In this document: one piece after another, positions 48,413 to 61,539 of the stretch
Layout of the letters: every line of letters starts with the position of its first letter
Position numbering within the stretch: the stretch's first letter is position 1
Assembly: GCF_006345805.1 (NCBI RefSeq)
Contig: NC_043001.1
Span: 89,528,001 to 89,592,000, forward strand
Origin: Octopus sinensis
Taxonomy: Eukaryota
DNA length: 64,000 nt
Reading direction: 5' to 3'
Made by a program: the position numbers and the translations under genes
Notes under the pieces: generated by a model
What the model was told of the DNA's origin: nothing
What the model saw: the letters and a program-made list of their open reading frames with translations, nothing else
Database searches by the model: none

Positions 48413-49584
48413 CGTGGCAGTGTGATAAGAAGTTTGCTTCCCAAACACATGGTTCTAGTTCAGTTTTGTATCATGCCAACACATAAGGTCCAGTTTATGG
48501 TTTCCATGGTGTATGAATTCCCTACCTGGATAGGATGCTGATCTGTCGCAAGGTTACTCACTTTTGCCAGCTGGAACAATGTGAAATGAAGTGTTTTGCT
48601 CAAGAACACAATGTGTCTCTCAGTCTAGGAATCAAAGCCTCAACCTTACTATCCTAAGTCCAACACCCTAACCACTAAGCTATGTGCCTCCACAGGGGTT
48701 GCCTTGTAACTTGTAAGACTGACAGGGAAAATGGAAGGGAGGATGATGACATAAGCTAAGCTTAAATCAGGATGTTAAGATGAGTCAACCTTTTAGCACT
48801 CAGATTATTCTGTCAAATGTAATGCATATTAACTCATATTGTTTTGAATTAAACATGCATTATCATGTAGCTTCAAGATTGCAATGACGCGATTGTTTAT
48901 TTTAAAGAATGACATGGTAGGTTTGTTGTGAGAGGCTGGATCTGGCCAATTTGAACATGGCCAGATATAGCAGGTTTAAATGCTAAAGGGTTAAAGTATG
49001 ACGGGAAGAAAAGATTTATTGTCATCAGAGGGTGGTAAAAGAGGGGTAACAGAAGAGACAGTACTTGGTGGGGCGTAATGGAAGAGAAAGAATAGTGTGT
49101 GTGTGTGAGAGAGATGGACAGACTGATAGGTGGACAGTGAATGATAAAGGTGAGCGTGATGAGATGAGTAGGGAACAATCTATTGTTATTCCACATTATA
49201 TGGGTGAAATCGAGCAAGTGTTGGAGGGAGCAGTGTGCAATAGAGAGAGAAAAGTAAGAGGATGTTGAGGATGCAGCGAGGCTGTAGGGGAGGGAATCAG
49301 TGAAAGAGAAAGAACAAGATTATAGAGGCAGGAGGAGAGATAGATGAGCGTCAAGATGGCAAAGAAGCCATGGGAATGGAAGGCCACAGAGTGTCATAGA
49401 GGCAACAAGGACAGAGGGTGAATGTAATGAAAACACCCAGTCACCATCATTACTTTTGTTTCCATGTTCTCTTTGTCATGCTTATGTATGTACACACACG
49501 CGTATATGTTTAGACATACACATATGTATGTATATTTAGATGTAAATAATCTTTCTGCCTTTCTTCTCTGACAACTCACTGTAG

Positions 49585-49785
49585 TTTATATGAGCAACAC
49601 TAGTAATGGAATTGTGAAGCGAGGCAAGTTTACTCGGGATACTTGTGCCAAAGCCTGTGATTCAGAAACGACAATCAAATGCAAATTTTTCAACTTTGAC
49701 AAGCAAACAGGGAAGTGTTATCTGTCCTCCACCATTCACCTTAATATGCAAGTTTCAACCAGATCAAGAGAAAAAAGTGCAGGAG
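49585..49785 (+). CDS. PAN/Apple-domain exon of a PAN plus coiled-coil protein
   Basis: Acceptor ctcactgtag, donor gtaaat, 201 nt, phase 1 to 1; CAKACDSETTIKCKFFNFDKQTGKCYLS fits the PAN pattern C-x3-C-x7-C-x2-F-x-F-x6-C-x-L. Confidence 0.85.
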
Positions 49786-50604
49786 GTAAATATGACCTAA
49801 TAATTTTTCTATATTTTCAATTGATGCTAGGATGATGGCTTACTTTGAAAGAATTCATGCATGCACACACACATGCATGAATGCACATGCATGCATGTCT
49901 GTGTGGTTAAAAAGTTTGCATCCAAGCCATGGGATTTTAGGTTAAGTCTCACATCATGGAACCTTGGGCAAGTATTTTCTACTATAGCTCCAGGCTGACC
50001 TCACTTCTAAATAATGCATACATAAACACACATACATTTAAATACATAAACGCACTAATGTTTTTGTTGTTGATATTGTAGCTGTTTAATCCAATTTGGC
50101 TCTGATAGGAAAGACCTATAATGAAGGGCATTCTAACCCTGGGAGTCTATCTGTTTTGTTTTATTTCTGGCATATTGTATCCTGAACTATATTATCTGAT
50201 GTGTCCTATTTTTCTAAGACAGTAAAGTGTGATTTGAGAGAAATGTGGCTACTATTTCTAGTAGGTCCTGTAAGTAGATGGAAGCTCTCTCTTGTTAGCT
50301 TGTTGATTTTGTAATCATTATTATTGGTGTTGGTTTAATGGCGTTGCCTTAATGTTTGAAGTCCTGTTTAACTATTATATATCCACTTCATCGGAAATCT
50401 GCAATGGTTCCATAACTACCGTCTTAGCTATAACCTTGCAACTCCAGTAATCCATTACAGCACTTACCTAGTGTACCTAATCATTTAGATCATCTGCATA
50501 CTAAACCCCCATACTTTGTATATATATGTATTGTACATTTGACATATGAAGTGTTGTCAGGTTACCTCAGCAAGGTGGAAAATGTAATTGGTGGACTGTT
50601 ACTC

Positions 50605-50977
50605 TTTACTCTTTTACTTGTTTCAGTCATTTGACTGTGGTCATACTGGAGCACCGCCTTTAGTCGAACAAATCAGCCCCAAAACTTATTCTTTGTAAGC
50701 CTAGTACTATTGGTCTCTTTTGCCAAACTGTTAAGTTACAGGGATGTAAACACACCAACACTGGTTGTCAAGCAATGGTGTGGGGACAAACACACACACA
50801 CACACACATATATACATATATATGACAGGCTTCTTTCAGTTTCCTTCTACCAAATCCACTCACAAGGCTTTGGTTGGCCCGAGGCTATAGTAGAAGACAC
50901 TTTCCCAAGGTGCCACACAGTGGGACTGAACCCGGAACCATGTGGCTGGTATGTGAGCTACTTACCACACAGCTACT
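50605..50977 (-). mobile_element. SINE (same family as 43066)
   Basis: Reverse-complement homology across head and body. Confidence 0.8.
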
Positions 50978-51239
50978 CCTGTACAGAACCTGAGTTCTGT
51001 ACAGGATTAATGAGAAATTATGAGAAATTCTATGAGTATTGATGAGATATTCACCACTTTGTCCAATGTATTTCAAGGCCTTTCTCCACTTCATACACTC
51101 AGCACTTTATACACTGACAGCCTCTATACATATTACATACCTGTGCCAGCACAGTATTCTTTCTTTTATGTTACACCTGGCTGTATATATCATAATGCAT
51201 GTATATGAATGCCATTTTCATCATTGCCGTTTCTTTTGG

Positions 51240-51720
51240 ACTGAGACATGGAAGAACTGTGTTGACATATGTTGACAACCACAGAAGTGATGTCCAGCAA
51301 TGTGACATTGTCTACATGTGCCAACACACTGTCCAGAAGTGGGGATAGATGGCATCATTCTGAAAGAATTTGAGGCTGTAGTAATAGCAGGGGTTAACCT
51401 GGACATATTGGTGGGCTTTCGGCTCAGCACCCAGAGAAGCAAATCCATGCTGTTACACAATGTCATGCAATAGAGGACCAACAAATCACTTAAACAGTTC
51501 AGTCTCACCTAGAAATTGGCTGAGAGGAAGCTATTCTTGAAAAGTCAGGCAGTGGTGGTGAACACATATTGTTTTCATAATATTCTGCCTGGCTGTCATG
51601 TCTCGTCTTGATTTTTTTATGACTGGATGCTTTCCACTAGTCAAGGAGTTTGGGAGTTCTATGTTAACAATGTATAGAGAACTAGTAGTGAAGAAGAGCA
51701 ACAGTATTCTTGAGGAAGTT
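51240..51720 (+). mobile_element. Tx1/L1-clade LINE remnant
   Basis: Degenerate post-RT peptides such as AERKLFLKSQAVVVNTY, with stops. Confidence 0.4.
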
Positions 51721-52397
51721 CTGAGCATGAATATGGTAGAAAACAAAAAGAAATCTTTATTGTTCATATTAGTATTGTAATATCAGACTTGTGGTATTCA
51801 ATTACCTCTTACTTTTGTTAAATTTTAAGGTCTGCCTCTATGAATTTCTTCTTTCCAATTGAATACATTGCAAGTAAAAAATATCTGCAGTTTTAATAAA
51901 TTTTTTCTCAACATGTAAATTAACAAAAAAAAAAAAGTAACAAAAATATTTGCTAACAAAATGATGATTGAACTGTAAGTTTTATTGTTGGGTCTGTTTA
52001 TGATGATGATAATGTTTAGCACCAGGTAAACTTTAGACTGTAATCAAAAGTATTCTTGTAGTGACCACCCTGTTTTTTTAGAGGAATACAGGACTACATT
52101 ATTTAGTGTGTCTTTTCCTGTTTAAGATGGTAGAAGAGAGTTGGTTGTCATTTCTAGCAGATTCAGCGACCGCATAAAGGCCTTTCTTGTTGACTTGTTT
52201 CTAATGATAATAATTATGATGAATATGGTGCTTATAACAATGAGGTTGAAGGTGATAATGGAAACAATGTTGATGATGGCAATAATGTTGAATATGAAAA
52301 TAATGTTGATAATGATGATAATAACGTTTGGGGGTAATGTTTTATGTTGCATTGCATTTAATCCATGTTTTTGTTTGGCCTTTATTAGCTGCCATAG

Positions 52398-52522
52398 ATG
52401 TTACTAGCGAAACTAAAGACTACAATAAGTTGTACAAAGGAATGAGTGAGAGCACCCAGCGTAAACTTGAAGCTCTGCAGAGTAAAGTCAATCAGCTGAG
52501 AGAAGACATTGAAGATTTTGAT
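52398..52522 (+). CDS. PAN gene, coiled-coil exon (DVTSETKDYNKLYKGMSESTQRKLEALQSKVNQLREDIEDFD)
   Basis: ccatag acceptor, gtaaga donor, 125 nt, phase 1 to 0, compatible with both neighbours. Confidence 0.85.
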
Positions 52523-53004
52523 GTAAGAGTATTTTTTTGTTGTTGTTTTGACCCAGACTTTTTTTGATCCAGCAGAACTATGATTAAAAGGAGTCTAGCA
52601 TCTTTTATATAGATATAGTGTTGTAGGTGCAGGTTTGACTGTTAGATGCAAGTGTGGCTATATAGCCAAGGAGTTTGCATCCTGACCATGTGGTTTGGGG
52701 TTCAGTCCTACTGTGCAACACATTAGGCTAGTGTCTTTTACTATAGCCTTGTTAGTGGATTAGGTAGATGATTAAGTGTGGGTTGGAGAAAGTCTTACGA
52801 TTGCATGCTGTTGATTTAAGAAACAAGAGGTGGATGTAAAGTTAAAACAAGCAACATGAAATTCTTATGCCCAACTCAAGACAGAAGCTTTGCTGATTTC
52901 AAATTGCTTTTGCTGAAGTTCTTAAGAGAAAGGGACTGTTGCTGATTGTATGTGTATGTGTGTGTGTAAATGTATGTATATGTGTGTGTATGTGTGTGTG
53001 TGTG

Positions 53005-53039
<35 letters not shown>

Positions 53040-53730
53040 TGTCTCTCCTAGAACCTCATCAACACTTTGTACATGGAACAAATAGTACTCCAACCAATCA
53101 GGTCAGGTAATATACTGGATCTCTGCTTCACAAATAATATGGATCTCATCCATAATGTGAAAGTGACATCGACGCTACTCTTGGATCACAACATGGTAGA
53201 GCTGACCATGTACAAACCAAAGGAAACCATGGGCATGCAACCTACAAGAAACTCTTAAAATCTTTCCAGTTTGAACTTCCATAAAGCAAACTGGAAACAA
53301 ACTGAGAATGAGATCCTCAAGCAAAACTGGCCTAAATGTCTCTCTTCACCAGACATCGACATGAAACTTCAACAATTCATGTCTGTAATGCAAGCCATAT
53401 GCTACAAATGTGTCCCAGAGATAGAGGCCACTGTACACAAGAAAAAAATCCCCAGGGAGAGAAAAATTCTTATGAAATGGCATGCAAAAATTTCAAATTG
53501 CCTAAACAAACAAATTGAAAGCAGTGAAAAATCCCACCTGAAAATACAGTCACTGGAGATCGAAAAAAATCAGCAACTCTCCCATGAAAAAGAAAGAGCA
53601 GACAAAGAAGCCTGGGCTATAGACAATATAAAATCTAACCCCAGAGCCTTCAACAAGTTTGCCAAAGAATCAGGCTCAGTGCACTGCAGAGTAGGGCCAC
53701 ACCTTGGAAAAGATGGTTCACTCACAGTGT
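53040..53730 (+). mobile_element. CR1/L2-type LINE ORF2 fragment (endonuclease end and linker)
   Basis: IRSGNILDLCFTN...DHNMVEL, NFHKANW and IKSNPRAFNKFAK motifs, with an internal stop. Confidence 0.8.
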
Positions 53731-53880
53731 AGTGTGTGCTTTTATGTGCCACCAGCACGAGGGCCAGTCAGGCGGTACTGGCAACAGCCATGCTCAAATG
53801 GTGGTTTTTTTATGTGCCACCTGCACAGGAGCCAGTCCAGCAGCGCAGCACTGGCAACAACCTCGCTCGAATGTTTTTTC

Positions 53881-53924
<44 letters not shown>

Positions 53925-54927
53925 TGGCGTCCGTGTTGGTGACACGTAAAAGCACCAACCGATCGTAGCCGTTTGCCAGCCACCTCTGGCCCCTGTGCCG
54001 GTGGCATGTAAAAAGCACCCACTACACTCACATTGTGGTTAGCGTTAGGAAGGGCATCCAGCTGTAGAAACACTGCCAGATCAGACTAGAGCCTGGTGCA
54101 GCCTCCTGGCTCCCAGACCCTGGTCGAACTGTCCAACCCATGCTAGCATGGAAAACAGACGTTAAACGATGATGATGATGATGAGAGAGAGAGAGAGAGA
54201 GAAAGGAGAGAAAAACTAAAGGCATTAGTAAGGATTGTTGTTAGCTCTCTGAAATGTAGTTTTAAGTTGGTGGAAAGAATGCTATCAGTACTTGCCACCT
54301 TGTTGAGTTGGATTGATCAGAGAAGTTTTTGCTCTTGGCAGCTGCTGTGTGTATGTGGTGAGGAGACTGGTGAAGAAGAAGAGTTTGGGAGGAGTTTTCT
54401 TTATGCAATTTTAAGTAAGATAGCTGGAAAGTGCGATGGCTTTTTCAGTAGGAGAGTACTGCTTTAGGCAGCCTGCAACCCATGGGACTTTCAGAATGGC
54501 ATACCTAATAAAAAATTACCTTGAATTTTTTTAGCAGTGTGGCCTGCCTGATTATGAGCCATGCCTCATGTTGCCTGCTTCTTGATAAAAGTTGCCCACA
54601 CCTGGCTTAGAGAGTGGTATTTGTTGAAAAATGGTGAATTGGAAGATTCTGTAAAGATGCTGTGTTAAGTACGTTGTTTTGATGATGACGACGACGTTAT
54701 CCTTTCCTTTATCTATGTTAAAAGACAAAGACACTGATCTATCACAAGTAGATGTTTGCATGGGATAAATTGAACTTAGCATAGTAAGCTGGTTAATTTC
54801 ACAATATTACCACTGGATGTTATATCACCTTGAACAACCTGATACAAGTAAGGTAGACTTGGCTATGGATACTACACAATACTGGTGAGAGGCTTTGATC
54901 CATTGACTTCCTAGCTGGTTGTTCTAT

Positions 54928-55079
54928 AATGTAAAAATATTCTTGTATCAGTCATAATCATGATATGAGTGGTTTATCATCATCATCATCATCATTTAAA
55001 GCGGACGTTAAATGATGATGAGGATGATGATAAACCACTCATATCATGATTATGACTGATACAAGAATATTTTTACATT
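54928..55079. repeat. Inverted repeat with ~57-bp perfect arms
   Basis: aatgtaaaaatattcttgtatcagtcataatcatgatatgagtggtttatcatcatc is mirrored around a SINE-tail remnant. Confidence 0.92.
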
Positions 55080-55131
55080 CTCCTCCTCTTTCTCTTTTAA
55101 TAATTTTCTTCCATTTTATTCTCTTTGAAAG

Positions 55132-55557
55132 GAAATTCGACAAAAAGTCAGTGAGATGCGATTGGAGGCTGAGAAGGCATCAAAGACAAAATCTCAAATA
55201 ATCGATGAGCTGCAAAACAGTAAAGTGCAGCAAGAAATGGAGATGAATAAATTGAACCGAAAAGTAGAGAGCCTCATTTTGAACATGGAAAAAACAATGG
55301 CTGATGTTGCAGCCTTCAAGAAGACCCAGTTCAATTTTGAAAAGAAACAATCACAGATTAAACATATGTTAAGTGATCTGACTGCACAAATTGAAAACAT
55401 CCAAGATAAGACATCTGTAATTCCAGTTGAATTGAAAAATGTAAAAATAGAATCCGATAATTTGAGCAAGGGCTTGGCTGAAATTAACATGCGAGACAAA
55501 ACGCTGCAACATAACTTGGAAACTATTAAACAAGAAGTTTTGTATGCACGTCAGAAG
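55132..55557 (+). CDS. PAN gene, long coiled-coil exon (142 aa)
   Basis: ttattctctttgaaag acceptor, AAG|gtatga donor, 426 nt, phase 0 to 0; heptad-rich K/E/Q/L sequence. Confidence 0.88.
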
Positions 55558-55858
55558 GTATGAAGTATTTTCCTTATCTTTAGGTACAACTTAGTAGTAA
55601 TGATATAATAGCTGTTATTTTTGGCTAACTTTGACCAGTCTACTTGAGCTAACTTATAACTCAAATTTAACTGATCGAGGTATCCATTTCACTGGTATTT
55701 CTACAAAAGGTTAGTCTTCTTTTTACTTTATTTGATTTGTGGAGCATGATGTTTTGAAGTTTAGAAGCTAAAAACATGTGGCTTGACATTTGTAACTCTT
55801 TTGACACTAACCTGCCTGAGACCGTTCTTGGTTTTAGGATACAAACTTCCTACATTAA

Positions 55859-56074
55859 CCCTTTAGCACTTAAACCAGTCATATCCAGCTAAAATAACTT
55901 ACCTGTATTATTTTCAAACTGGCCAGATCTGGCCTCTCTCACTTACCTACAATATTCTAAAGGTAAGCAATCATATATCCGATATCTCAAAGATACAAGA
56001 TAATACCTGATTAATTCAAACTAATGTGAATAAATAAGTATTACATTAGACAGAGAAATCTGAATGATAAAGGG
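55859..56074. mobile_element. Short piggyBac-type MITE
   Basis: TTAA|CCCTTTAG ... ATAAAGGG|TTAA. Confidence 0.85.
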
Positions 56075-58814
56075 TTAAAGTGATCTAAATTAAAATCTTC
56101 CATCAAATTTTAGTTTGATCCATGTTCCAAACACCAGCTTGATAAAGGTAAATCTATTTTACAAAATTCATTACTTTCAGAATTGATTGAAACAAAAGCA
56201 GTGTATTTCAACATAAATATTGTAACTAACGGGTTAATATATAGAGAAGAGTTTACTGAAAGAGTTTTATCACATTTTTGAGTAGCTTCTAAAAAACAGT
56301 CGTGTTTGTCTTTTTCTATTCTATTTCTTCCATATTTCTCTTCCTTCCTTCCTTAATTTTGGGATATGGTCAGTAATTTTGCTCTATGGAAACTTAGAAA
56401 CTCGTATTGCTTAGTTTTTTTGAATTGTTAATGTAAAACTACATTTTCTTAGCTCAATGGCCACTTGCGTTTTAGTTAAGATCAACGTATATAGTTAACG
56501 ATTTGAAAAACTCTCGTTACACACATACACACATCATCATCATCATCGTTTAACGTCCGCTTTCCATGCTGGCATGGGTTGGGCGGTTTGACTGAGGACT
56601 GGCAAGCCAGATGGCTGCACCAGGCTCCAGTCTGATCTGGCAGAGTTTCCTAATGACAACCACTCCGAGAGTGTAGTGGGTGCTTTTACGTGGATACTGT
56701 GGATAAGATTGCTGAGTAATGGGAAGAACTGGAACCATCAACTGTATCTTCATTAACCTTGTTAATGAAGACACTAGCAAACAGTATCTAATATACAGCA
56801 TGACAACAAATGGTGTCTAATGCTACATAATAATAAATAATATCAAATGCAACATCATAATAAATGATATGTAATCCTAAATGAAAACAAACATGTAATG
56901 GTTGTTTTTATATTTTTCTTATATTGCTTAGTCCAAGGAGGAGGAGGAGGAGGAGGAAGGGAAGAAACCATGATCTTTTTCGGGCCTCTGAGACTGGTGG
57001 GAGGAAAGCAAGAAAGAAAGAATTTATTCTCAGACCAGAGATCTGGCTGAAATGCTTACAACAGAATGAACTGTGTTAAAGGCATCCAAGGATCAGATTT
57101 TGTAGTGGTGTTAAACTGGGTAACACTGTATATAATGCTACTTGGTAGCTCATAATGTTATTATTACATGGTTACAGACTGAGAAAAGACTTCCGTGTTT
57201 TTAATTACATATGTCTGTGTGCGTGTGTATTAGTTTTCATTATTGTACAAAATTATAGGTGTACTGTTGATTGCATTGACATCCACAGCACATGGCTGAT
57301 ACCTATTTTCTTAAATAGAACTTGTATATCCTTGCTCTTAAAATATGAAAAGCAAAGTTAAACCAATAACATATGATAGGACAACTACATATGCACACAA
57401 CCTCTATTTATCGATTCACACATATGTGTATATGTATGTGTGTGTATAGGAAGGGCATCCAGCCATAAAAACCATGCCAAAACTGATGCTGAAGCCTAGT
57501 GCAGTCTTCTGCCTAGCTAGCTTCTGTCAAATTGTCCAACTCATGCCAGCATGGAAAGTGGATGTTAAATGATGATGATGATGATATATATCATCATAAT
57601 TTTAATATTTACTTTTCCATGCTTACAAAAGTCAGAAAAACTTTGTCAAGGCCAGATTTTCTATGGCCAGATGCTCCCTCCCTGTTTCCAAGTGTACCAC
57701 CAAGTCTACATCATCAATCTCTTTGATAGCCTCTCATTCCTCTAACACCCTTATCGCTCATCTACCATTCATTCCCCACCACTAGTTGCCTATCACTCAA
57801 CCCATTCTTTACCTTTCATGACAGCCACAATTATTCCCTCTTGCTCATCTCTCAATCTCACTGTACCAAGTTGTTGGTGAGACTATGGATGACTGTGGAT
57901 CTCTTTTGTTCTCCATACAGAGCATTCCATTACAACCAAAGATGTCACTGCTCTTATCTGACCCTTTCACAAGTATTCCACCCACTCTTTGATCCTTAAT
58001 ACCTTTTCTTTCTCCTTGTCTATTGTGAGGCATATGCTTAAGAGACCTCATCATAAAAAAACACAGAATCTTCAATAGCCTCTCTAAGAGTTAGTATAAT
58101 GTAATGCTATCCCACTGTAAATATAGTCTCCAAGAATAAAGAGCACGGTAGTGAATTAGAGATAAATAGGGTAGCACTAAATGGGATATTATTCTGTGTG
58201 TGTATATGATATATATATATATATTGATAGAAATGGTAAGACAATAAAAGAATGAAAGAGACCTCAATATTATGTAAATAGAGGAATTTATCTGTAAATG
58301 TAATATGTGACAATTATTTGGTAGCCATGATAAAACTCCGAGTTTTGGATGTCGGGATGGAAATCCATGCCGCCATCTCTTCAGTTATCCGGCCATTGGA
58401 AAAATGCTATGAAAATGACTGTTAAACAAAGGGAAATTACTGTATGATAGACCGTTATTAAGACAAAAGAGCTATTTGAATGACCGCTAAGTAAGGGGAG
58501 GGAGTAAAAATATTCATGGTATTCGCATAAGCGCGCATGCCCATACCTACACATGCACGCCCGCACACCTACATACATGTGCCTATAAGTATACATTCAT
58601 CTACCCTCACTTGAAACACACACATCCTCACCCACACCATTTGCCAAAAAATATATATATATACAAAAAGGTTCATACGCACATCTATATATGCACATGC
58701 ACAAGAAAAAACAGGGCTAAGGGCAACAATACTGAAAAAAGTGTAAAGAAGTATAAAAAAATAAGCAATAAGAGTAAAACACGTCTATATATGCACATTT
58801 TATATATATATATA

Positions 58815-60065
58815 TCTATATTATAAATCTGAAATGCGAAAAGTTTGTTTGTTTGTCTGGTTTTGGCATTGAGAATGGGTTAAAGGCCACTAGATCCCGT
58901 CGGATCGACTCCAAAATTTACAGTGACATGTAAAATGAGGTGAGGATGCGAGTGGGCTAGGTTAGAAATCCCCATCTTAAAAGGTGTCGTTGCTAGGGCC
59001 AAAAACGCACTTTGACAAGTCTACTTTCATTCTTGTATGTATCTGTCTTCCTCCATCACTCATTCTCTTTCCTCCCTTCCCATCAATTTCTATATATAAT
59101 GTTTCACAGCGTCTAACTCCCTTACCTTCACATTCTCTTTATAACGTTGTTTCACAGCGTTCTATATCTCCCCCTCCCCACCTTCGACAGCGCTTTCACA
59201 CTCTCTCTCTCTCTCTCTACGTCTGTCTGCATTCACAGAGAGAATTATCATCGCCACCACCACCACACTATCATGAGAACAAATATTATGAATCAGATAT
59301 TTATTGGGTTAATTTATATATATGTGTGTGTGTATTCTATATATAAATATGTATATATAATGTAGGTTATAAAATGAGATAGGGGTTGAAAATTCAACCC
59401 ACCATGGGATAATATATATCCAATATACTGCAAGATAGGTACCCAACAAATTTAATACATAGATTTAACAATTGTCAAACAATCAGTTCATCTATTGCAT
59501 TATATGGGTAAAGGTAATATATTACCGTAAATTAATACTACAAAATTAGAGAATGGAGAAATATACTTAAATCAGTAAAACATCAACTATCCGATGATAC
59601 TCAATCCATACTTTAATACACCATTACATATGAGTAAAGGCAATACATAAAATGAAATAGATATACAGTAATAGTAAAAAGATAAAGAGATATAAGTAAA
59701 AAATTTTTTTCAAATATAATATGCAAATAAATCAAAACTGACAGCTGTTTCGAAACAGCTGTCAGTTTTGATATATATAATGTATTATACAAAGTGTATA
59801 TATCTGTATTTATGTATATTAAACTTTTTAATACTTTTTGATGGTTATATATATTTTTAAAAAAATTATAAATATGAATTAATAATTTAAATTTTTCAAT
59901 TTTATATTTTATATATTTTGTATATTATATTTTATTTTTATATTTGGTTTATGTTTTTCACTGTTTGATTTGCCTAATAGCGGTTTTATCTGTAATTTAA
60001 TTTATATATATATAATTTGTATACATTTGTATATATAATGCGTACACACCATATATATATAATGC

Positions 60066-60105
<40 letters not shown>

Positions 60106-60119
60106 GCATTATATATATA

Positions 60120-60153
<34 letters not shown>

Positions 60154-61040
60154 GTGTGCATTATGTGGTCGGTTGTGCTGAAAATATGCACACCTATGTT
60201 AAAAGTGGCTGGCGAGTTTGCATGGCAACTATTTTTTTCCTCAAATGAAAGGCCTGACCTCTAGGACAAAATTCCTCATCTTATAAAATGTGGCCCGAGT
60301 AGACCCGAATGAAATCAGATTATATTAACCAAAATGTGAAAAGGGGTCTAAATGGGGCTGGAAGGGGATTAAAATTTACAGGAGCGGGTGTTTAGGAATT
60401 CTCTGTTACATCAAGCTAAAAAATCTGCGCAAGCCTTTAAATCTTCAATGTGTTGCCGTCCATGATGAAGAAGTTTTGAATGCTTGCCATGGTGAGTTTA
60501 CTGTTGTGAGAAAGAGTCACTTCAAAACTTGGTGTTTAGGAATTTTCTTTTACATTAAGTTCAAAATTTTACGCCCGCCGTTAAACTGCCACTACGTTGC
60601 TGTCCGTCGTTAAGAAATGCCAGCCATGGTGACTCTACTATCCTCAGATTCTATCCCTTCAAACTTTGGTTTCCAATATTTTTTTAATTTTTATTCAGCT
60701 TGCAAGTTCGTCTGTCCCCTTTAATTGTTAGTGTTTTGCTGTCTGCATCGAAGCAGACCTTTCCGTTGTCACTGCCTGATATTTATGATTGATCTTTCAA
60801 AATATTTTATTTCTCAACTTACTCAAGATCTTTTGTTGTTTATAAATGGGAGAGAGATAGATAGAGAAAGATAGAGAGTAAGAGAAAGCAAGGGAGAGTC
60901 CGAGAGAAAGGAAGAGTAAGAGAGTGGGAAAGTGAGAGAGAAACAAAGAGGGAAAATGTGGTGATAAAAAACAGAAAGGAAACAACAGAAAGTAAGAACC
61001 ACACTCTTACCCGTGCGTAGAGCGGGTCACCTTAAGCTAG
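58815..61040 (+). mobile_element. Non-autonomous Helitron
   Basis: A|TCTATATTATAAA 5' end followed by (GTTT)n; 3' hairpin ACCCG-tgcgtagag-CGGGT at 61009-61027; CTAG|T at 61037-61041; no TSD. Confidence 0.7.
59731..59772. repeat. Perfect 42-bp palindrome
   Basis: atcaaaactgacagctgtttc|gaaacagctgtcagttttgat. Confidence 0.95.
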
Positions 61041-61071
<31 letters not shown>

Positions 61072-61129
61072 TATATGTATATATGTATGTATGTATATAT
61101 GTATGTATGTATATATGTATGTATCTATA

Positions 61130-61170
<41 letters not shown>

Positions 61171-61539
61171 TTCTTAAACAAGAATAAATTTGTATTCTAC
61201 AAAAGTATAGAGTAATTCCTCGGATTAATGTAAAATTGTTTATGTTATAATTGAACAAAAAAACAAATATTAATATATATATATGTGTGTGTGTGTGTAT
61301 ATATATATCTATATACACACATACACTCACAACATTTACTGTCTTTTACATTATATATAATGATTTATAATACTATACCTTGAATACTGTGTAGACTTGG
61401 ATCTCTGTTGACAGGTCACTAATATATCATGGTTGCTACATAACTGAAGTCTACAAATCTCATCAAAAGTTGTGTTGTCTCATTAGTGTAGTGGATGGCA
61501 CAGCTTTATGGTTTACAGCAGATGTGGTACCAAAATATT

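Noticed and set aside
52141-52407. Met/Ile-rich ORF
   Set aside because: Degenerate (ATG/ATA)n trinucleotide tract in an intron.
56930-57110. Possible next exon of the PAN gene (SKEEEEEEEGKKP* in phase 0)
   Set aside because: Dominated by a (GAG)n repeat with an uncertain acceptor; not supportable without transcripts.
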